A stretch of DNA of 64,000 bases from a virus. Its lineage: Duplodnaviria > Caudoviricetes. The stretch covers positions 32,001 to 96,000 of the IMG/VR virus record IMGVR_UViG_3300028549_001457, one strand, 5' to 3'. Every line of letters begins with the position of its first letter. Position 1 is the stretch's first letter. Shown here in pieces: positions 59,201 through 64,000 of this stretch. A program made the translations under genes and the position numbers. The notes beneath the pieces were generated by a model. That model saw only the letters and a program-made list of their open reading frames with translations. It had not been told where the DNA came from and did no database searches.

Positions 59201-59413
59201 AATAACTCTAGGGCGGGACAAACCTACACGGTATCTGTGGTAGCTACCGATCTTCTAGGTATGGCGTCTGATGCTTCTGTAGTTACTTTTAACGTAGACA
59301 CATCTTGGATGAAGACCTCTTCATACACATTTGATACGACAGGCGTTCACGCACCAGATGAATCCCTTACTGATGGCGATGGGTCAACACACATTGACTT
59401 GATAGGTAGCTAA
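56210..59413 (+). CDS. Ig-domain (He_PIG-like repeat) fibre/adhesin protein
   Basis: TGG..PY...LPPGL...G.L.G.P repeats; PKD-like end (YLWDFGG...YTVSVVATD). Confidence 0.7.
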   Translation: MATKLPSVSAQFEIMPQGTLNITLVRVAPSGGVLTSISSYRIRLSKPKSTGSGVDTLQFTLTPSSTVETTIQQQKSWESILTGSTIPADSVAGWVADSYQATGLSANIQAVSGDPANFIDSDWWGSDRVFPPVFNIILSRPTLQVGDTAIFSLPVGYTGEQLSRVRFFPDLSDMSAATEWKSYIPEIEFEYVYRFSGSAQVLLTVASDNHSASQGSSFLLRTASSTLTINSAPIYSQTGFNSWLGVGDSTGFSFTDTSTNYTPGNFAVILSGAAISTRNRELKMFLATSRTADANTYYQTLAWDLYPVPGRYKIPSFNPNVNLTFDATRAYTDASLYAPLKLTSMLLSKLQVGYHYDIALDTTGGLKPYAYYAVDLPPGLVCTAQGRLVGSPLRSGLYQSSVSVMDSEVPPQIDVKTLNLYVETDLSINDVPFQYYAIGDSISTVITATGGVPPYKWQINEGGQDLADFGLTFTPDLTQSQISGEPFDHGTHHIPYKFPVTIQAEDAVGSLATVTFQCGVFPPALKLAKKRLDEFFDGEYCNQRIYATGGDTIHYNWSLQYLDGPRDPLDATRILTPPTGLITLTPTGSIGAPNIAILSYDPSAVVRGSSGDGLPEAFYKIRITVQSGEAGYIETDYQDLDLIISPSLSTVVISNDAQLPIAYPGRSWSQQLNTFTPDSSVAVGLRSPLKFFAMSPTSDLGLPSCITLSPEGLLMENPYEPITPNLNRWFRIFLQAGRSQYFKDFHFQSADVSTGFSIHVAEAYPFQDSNVVAIAQQYQTLCLQNNDKCIAFQLLNASTGRVVNDVATFSLEGSLPAGLSFSSQGFIYGIPTEKGSFTFTVSGSAGAVSASYAASILVNPAAAYATDLTHDLRFALNSQPSTSLTRVLIEHWAANTLPEYDPNTSILGPFPTSPVDSYAYGDTVQVEVFVDDPDRPLVDFPIDPLHSDADYDSNAVESWSYLWDFGGLPTESFPDASGGVTQINQDYTSKTPVLNMLNNSRAGQTYTVSVVATDLLGMASDASVVTFNVDTSWMKTSSYTFDTTGVHAPDESLTDGDGSTHIDLIGS

Positions 59414-59416
59414 CCA

Positions 59417-62400
59417 ATGGCAACTGTAGCGACTACTCCGGATGGGTCCAAATACATCATCATGGACCTTACAACAAAATCAAGAAGCTACCTATGGGTT
59501 AACTCAAGGCTAGCACTAGCCTCCGGGTTCTCATGGGGGTCTTCAAACCCCACATATACATTTAGCACCGCTCCCTTACCTCAAGTGCAGTTTGACTCGT
59601 ACCTTACCCCCATTTTTGCTAATTTGGACCTTACCACAGTCTCTGATGGCGGTTCCCAGGTAATCACAACGTCATTTGCATCTGAAACTGGGTTTGCTCC
59701 CGCAGGGGTCGCTAGGACAATTCTCTCAGTAGACACCTCTACAGGGACCCCTATATACATCCCCTACCATCAAGTATCTGTAAATGATTGGAATAAGGCT
59801 AGAACATTAAACCATAACTTTGAACCCCCTCCAACTTCCGTTCCTGAGGATGGCGAATTAGTGTATTCTGATGAGCTTGAGGGAGCTGGGCACCGAGGGG
59901 ATAAAAGTGGTGATGAAGTTTTTGAGATTCCAATTATTAGATATAATGAGGACTTGTCTGGTAATCTAAACCAGCTTCCGGTTGGTTTAGATGTTGTTAA
60001 ACACGCAGATGAGCGGTGGTTTGTTGAAGGGGACCCCTCCCATATTACTGCAACTTCGGTAGTCGTTAAACAAACGCAATCTAATCCTGTTTCTGGTCTC
60101 ACTAGAAGCCACTGGAGAAGACTCTCTTTTTCTGCGGTTGCTGAATTTGCGGTTGCCTCTGCTGTTGGAACATTGGAACTTCCCACAAAGTTGTTCTTCA
60201 ACGCTGATGCAAACCAGACGCTTCCAACGGAAAGCCTCCCGTCTGTTTACGGGATGGATCAAACTACCAACCCAAATGGGGCCTCTAACTATATTTCCAT
60301 ATTAGGCGGTACCGCTCCCTACACGTTTACCGTCAAGTCTATTACATGCTTTAACGCCCTAGGGGGTGCGGTCCCCATAGGAAGCAATCCACCTATAGTA
60401 TCCCCTGGTCTTTCCGGAGAGGGTTTACCTCAGTTTCATATCGGGTTTACGGATGATTACCTAGGAACTCCGGTACCTTTGTATCAGGGGCAGGTCCTGG
60501 GTGGGACGTATCCCGATATCAATTCAACTACGGGTAGTGGGTGGTCCTTTGTCATGCAAAGCAATCGCTGCTATGTTAAGAGCATACCCCAGATAACCCA
60601 GGGGTCGTTTAATGTAGGTTCTTTCTCCCTGCTCCCATTAACAATTAAACTGGGGGTATCCGTTGTAGACTCTAACGGACTTGCAGCTACAGGCCCCTCA
60701 GGTGAAGTGGGTGATCTTGAGTTCAGCATCCCTCTAAGGTTAGCCCCAGGAGTTCCTCAGATTGTAAATCCTCAAACGGTGCTCCCCACCGGGTCTATTT
60801 ATAATATGTCGATGGGCTACTCCTCTTCGTCCTCTACTCTTCATGGGTATCCCTTTGATCAAATAAATGCTGCAGGATTGTTTAAAACTGACGTTACGTG
60901 GTGGAGGCCTAGTATAACACCCATATGGAGAGGCGTCTGGGCCTCCTCCGCGCTATACCACCTAGGAGATGCGGTAACGTTTTCAGGAGGCTCCTACAAG
61001 GCTATTGCGGACTCTACGGGGGTTTCCCCGGATACCTCCGGGAATACTGTGTGGACCCCTCTAGGGTCAGATCCTCAGTATTCCTTTACACTAATGTGTA
61101 AAGAGGGTCTTCCTCAGGGTGGTCCGGTTGGCCCCATTCTGTTTGAAAGGTTCCCTACATACGTGGATCCATCTAACCCAAGTTACTACGATTATATACA
61201 AGTTTCCCGCAAGCTCAGTCAATTCCTGGTTGCGGGGTCCTTGGGGATAAGCGGACCCTCAGTTCATAGCCAAGTATTTGCGGTGGGGTCCCCCGTGAGC
61301 CTTTCCTTTCAGGTTTCTGGAGGAACCCCTCCATATACCTGGATCTCTGACATTAACTCATTGGGAATGACTGGTCTTCAAGGTGCTGCTTCAAGTTTAG
61401 GAAATGAGTTTTTAATTTATGGAAGTCGTGTTGCAGGTTCTCTAGAGGTCTTCCCCCAGACTAAGTCCGTAAGTATTACCGTGAAGGACTCCAGTACACC
61501 TTTCCAGCTTTCATCCTCGACGTCTATTCTCCTCACTTTTACGTCTCCTAGTAGCTTTTCTGTATTTACAGAGCCTTTTCTAGCTTCCGACTTTAAGTTT
61601 TACAGTTCTCATAACTCTTCTGTGGATCTACTTACTTCGAGAGCTTCATTTCCATGGACTAATTTTGCCGCAACGGGTTATGATTATGTAAATGATTTTT
61701 CAGATGGTCTTATCCCAGGTGGTGCCCAGATTGGGTATGTTTCTGGGGTTGACTCTGCATATACGGTAGAGTGTGTTAACCTCAACCCGAATTTATGGAG
61801 TAGTTTCAGGTATCAACTTCCCATGGGGTTATGCTTTGGAGTTAAAGCTAAATCTAATGGTGGATATAGCCCCTACCAATACTATCAGATTAAGGACATG
61901 CTGCCTGGGTCTGGGGAGAGCCTCGTTCAATATTCAGGGATTTCTGGTGAGCCCGTTCCAACTCAACAAGATAATAGTTTGTGTATCCTGGACTCTAACA
62001 ATAAGCCTAAGGGATTTCGTTTCAGCCTTCAAATAAAGGCTGGAGATATCCTCGTTGGAGCTATGAATAGACTAGGCTCCGCTACGGATCAGTTCTGGGA
62101 ACTGGGGTATATGGCCCCCCATTTTGAACTTCAGACTGGCCTAGCTACGAACCCGCCACTAGACGCTGATGCCGCTCTATCTATTGATGATGTATCTGGG
62201 AAGGGTTGTGATCTAACTAAATACTCAGCGTTTGTCTCTCGCTTAGACTCCGAGTATAACACAGGGGCGTTTGGAGTTTCAGAAGATCCTATTATTAGAT
62301 CTCATGCGTCTCCAGAAATTGGAGCATACTCTGACACGCTACAAATGACTATTAAGAAAGATGGGTATAACAGCGTAGTGGATGCTAAGCTACTGCCCAT

Positions 62401-63304
62401 CCATGAGGATTTCACCGCAAAGTTCTGGACAGCCGCTGCAGATATGTGGGGAAACCCAAGCTATTATTGGCTAGGGTCTACAAGTAAGTTTAAGACAAAC
62501 ATAGATCCATTTTCTAAGACTATGTTCTTTGGATTTACCGAGTGTGACCGTATCTTAAAGACGGGGGCATTCCCTTCTCGGACGTCCCCGCTTTTCCCCC
62601 TCATCCAAAGTTCGTTTGTTAATTTCCATCTAACAAACGCGGATGGGACTAGTCATTCTAGGAATCTAGAGCTACACCAGAACCCCCTGTTTATAACCTC
62701 TCTTGAAAGCTATTTTAAGCTTCTTACTGGAAATATGTCCGAGTTAGATGGTTGGCGAGGAGGCACACTAAATCTGTATATGGATTACGATACTACTACG
62801 GGTAAGCCTGGGCCACTTATGGACCCTGCTCCGTATAAGTATTTTAAGGGACCCTCCGTTTCTGGTAGTAAAACCCCTGGCTCGGGTTCAAGCATCTCAC
62901 ACCCAACCTTAACCGAAATAGATAGGGGGTATCGTGTAGTCATGTCCATGGATTCCCTTGGGTTGTGGACTTACCTGAACTCTAGTCAGGTTGGCGTTAT
63001 CTCGGGTCAGTCTACCTCTCAAGGGGCTCCCCTAGCTGCAGGGACTCGGCTCCATATTGTGTGGATGTTTCTACTCACTCGGCCAAATATCCTATTAGGT
63101 GACTCGGATGCTCAGACACATCTAGATCTTGATATGTTGTCAAAGGCTACTGGGTTAACCACTGCTGAACTTTCAGCCAAGTATCTAAGAGGTAAATCTT
63201 TTACAAGGGTTCCCTTGCATCTTGTAATTGAAAACGGAGTTTCCACGCTGCTGCAACCGCCGCTCATTCCTACAGGACCCTCTGTTCTTTTCTCCGCCCA
63301 ATAA
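59417..63304 (+). CDS. Ig-domain fibre/adhesin protein with a CBM5/12-like module
   Basis: GGTAPYTF and SGGTPPYTW repeats; WASSALYHLGDAVTFSGGSYKA...W at about 60924-61065. Confidence 0.7.
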   Translation: MATVATTPDGSKYIIMDLTTKSRSYLWVNSRLALASGFSWGSSNPTYTFSTAPLPQVQFDSYLTPIFANLDLTTVSDGGSQVITTSFASETGFAPAGVARTILSVDTSTGTPIYIPYHQVSVNDWNKARTLNHNFEPPPTSVPEDGELVYSDELEGAGHRGDKSGDEVFEIPIIRYNEDLSGNLNQLPVGLDVVKHADERWFVEGDPSHITATSVVVKQTQSNPVSGLTRSHWRRLSFSAVAEFAVASAVGTLELPTKLFFNADANQTLPTESLPSVYGMDQTTNPNGASNYISILGGTAPYTFTVKSITCFNALGGAVPIGSNPPIVSPGLSGEGLPQFHIGFTDDYLGTPVPLYQGQVLGGTYPDINSTTGSGWSFVMQSNRCYVKSIPQITQGSFNVGSFSLLPLTIKLGVSVVDSNGLAATGPSGEVGDLEFSIPLRLAPGVPQIVNPQTVLPTGSIYNMSMGYSSSSSTLHGYPFDQINAAGLFKTDVTWWRPSITPIWRGVWASSALYHLGDAVTFSGGSYKAIADSTGVSPDTSGNTVWTPLGSDPQYSFTLMCKEGLPQGGPVGPILFERFPTYVDPSNPSYYDYIQVSRKLSQFLVAGSLGISGPSVHSQVFAVGSPVSLSFQVSGGTPPYTWISDINSLGMTGLQGAASSLGNEFLIYGSRVAGSLEVFPQTKSVSITVKDSSTPFQLSSSTSILLTFTSPSSFSVFTEPFLASDFKFYSSHNSSVDLLTSRASFPWTNFAATGYDYVNDFSDGLIPGGAQIGYVSGVDSAYTVECVNLNPNLWSSFRYQLPMGLCFGVKAKSNGGYSPYQYYQIKDMLPGSGESLVQYSGISGEPVPTQQDNSLCILDSNNKPKGFRFSLQIKAGDILVGAMNRLGSATDQFWELGYMAPHFELQTGLATNPPLDADAALSIDDVSGKGCDLTKYSAFVSRLDSEYNTGAFGVSEDPIIRSHASPEIGAYSDTLQMTIKKDGYNSVVDAKLLPIHEDFTAKFWTAAADMWGNPSYYWLGSTSKFKTNIDPFSKTMFFGFTECDRILKTGAFPSRTSPLFPLIQSSFVNFHLTNADGTSHSRNLELHQNPLFITSLESYFKLLTGNMSELDGWRGGTLNLYMDYDTTTGKPGPLMDPAPYKYFKGPSVSGSKTPGSGSSISHPTLTEIDRGYRVVMSMDSLGLWTYLNSSQVGVISGQSTSQGAPLAAGTRLHIVWMFLLTRPNILLGDSDAQTHLDLDMLSKATGLTTAELSAKYLRGKSFTRVPLHLVIENGVSTLLQPPLIPTGPSVLFSAQ

Positions 63305-63317
63305 CTTCTTTTGTATT

Positions 63318-63354
63318 AACTTAACCAGGGTCCTAAAGGCTCTGGTTAAGTTTT
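63318..63354 (+). terminator. Hairpin AACTTAACCAG...CTGGTTAAGTT closing the structural operon
   Basis: 11-bp inverted repeat followed by TT. Confidence 0.6.
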
Positions 63355-63369
63355 CTAATGAGGGTTTCA

Positions 63370-64000
63370 TTGAGTGATCTGGTTACTGCGTTAACCAAGA
63401 TTCGAGAGGCAAAAGATCCGCTTCCCCTGCCCCCCGGAATCGAGCAATTCTGGTCAAAGGATCCTGAGGTCCAATTACGACCCTACCAGATACAAATGGT
63501 TTGGAACCTTATCCTGTGCCCCTCTTTCCTAGTTGGGGATTCGTGCGGACTTGGCAAAACACCCACGGGGGCTGCAGCTATGGCTGCAATTAAGTCTGCC
63601 CAATCAGGGGTTCGTTTTATTGTCTACACGACATCTTCTGCACAACGTCAGTGGGTGGAAGAAATCCATAAGTTTACAACTATGAAAGCACGGGCCTTAA
63701 GGGAGACTGGGGGGAAGCCTAGAGACGTTAGAAGGGGAGACTTCTGGAACTTTGTTCAAGGGCTTGATGACACAGATATTCTTGTCATGCGCTATTCTTC
63801 TCTAGTGGCTGATGGTGAGTTCCAGTCTGCATGTATTGGTGCTGTGTCAACCCCTGTATGCGCTATCTATGATGAAGCTACTTCGTTTAAATCTGGCTCT
63901 ACAGTCACCAGTAATTTAGTGCGTGAGATATCCTCTAAATGTAAATGGAGGTATGGTCTTTCAGCAACTCCTATTGAAAATCACCTCACAGAGATTTTCA
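63370..64000 (+). CDS. SNF2/SF2 helicase, 3'-truncated (absent from the ORF track)
   Basis: Manual translation from TTG 63370: LRPYQ (Q motif), GDSCGLGKT (motif I), YDEATSFK (motif II), GLSATPIENHLTEIF (motif III); open to the window end. Confidence 0.85.
   Translation, partial: MSDLVTALTKIREAKDPLPLPPGIEQFWSKDPEVQLRPYQIQMVWNLILCPSFLVGDSCGLGKTPTGAAAMAAIKSAQSGVRFIVYTTSSAQRQWVEEIHKFTTMKARALRETGGKPRDVRRGDFWNFVQGLDDTDILVMRYSSLVADGEFQSACIGAVSTPVCAIYDEATSFKSGSTVTSNLVREISSKCKWRYGLSATPIENHLTEIF

Noticed and set aside
51814-63304. Diversity-generating retroelement target
   Set aside because: No reverse transcriptase or template/variable repeat pair was seen in the window.
141-63370. Numerous 60-140 aa minus-strand and alternate-frame ORFs in the track
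   Set aside because: They overlap convincing + strand genes and lack motifs or RBSs; consistent with shadow ORFs.
1-64000. Stop-codon recoding (TAG/TGA reassignment seen in some jumbo phages)
   Set aside because: Long genes are intact under code 11, and TAG ends genes cleanly (for example 19551, 24745, 34147).
1-64000. tRNA or rRNA genes
   Set aside because: Intergenic gaps are short and no cloverleaf or T-loop signature was recognised; tRNAscan was not run.

Overview
The window is a 64-kb, single-strand (+) virion morphogenesis region of a large myovirus-like (probably jumbo) bacteriophage; the host cannot be determined. Gene order: scaffold-like protein (5'-truncated), head decoration protein, HK97-type major capsid protein, neck/head-completion genes, tail terminator-like protein, 1068-aa tail sheath, tail tube, chaperones, tape measure, two tube-like baseplate proteins, hub with an embedded CHAP domain, gp5-like spike, PAAR, wedge proteins, three very large fibre/adhesin proteins, and a 3'-truncated SNF2 helicase. 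Several terminator-bounded accessory units interrupt this backbone: (i) a micro-Zn-finger / LAGLIDADG / GNAT / IbrA-like PP-loop / IbrB-like ParB cassette directly after the capsid gene, a candidate late DNA-modification system; (ii) a stand-alone actin-fold ATPase resembling the Mad28/MamK group; (iii) acidic modular proteins that share a C-terminal tag; (iv) a split Hef-like nuclease/Mom-like gene. All product calls come from motif recognition by eye; no database searches were run.
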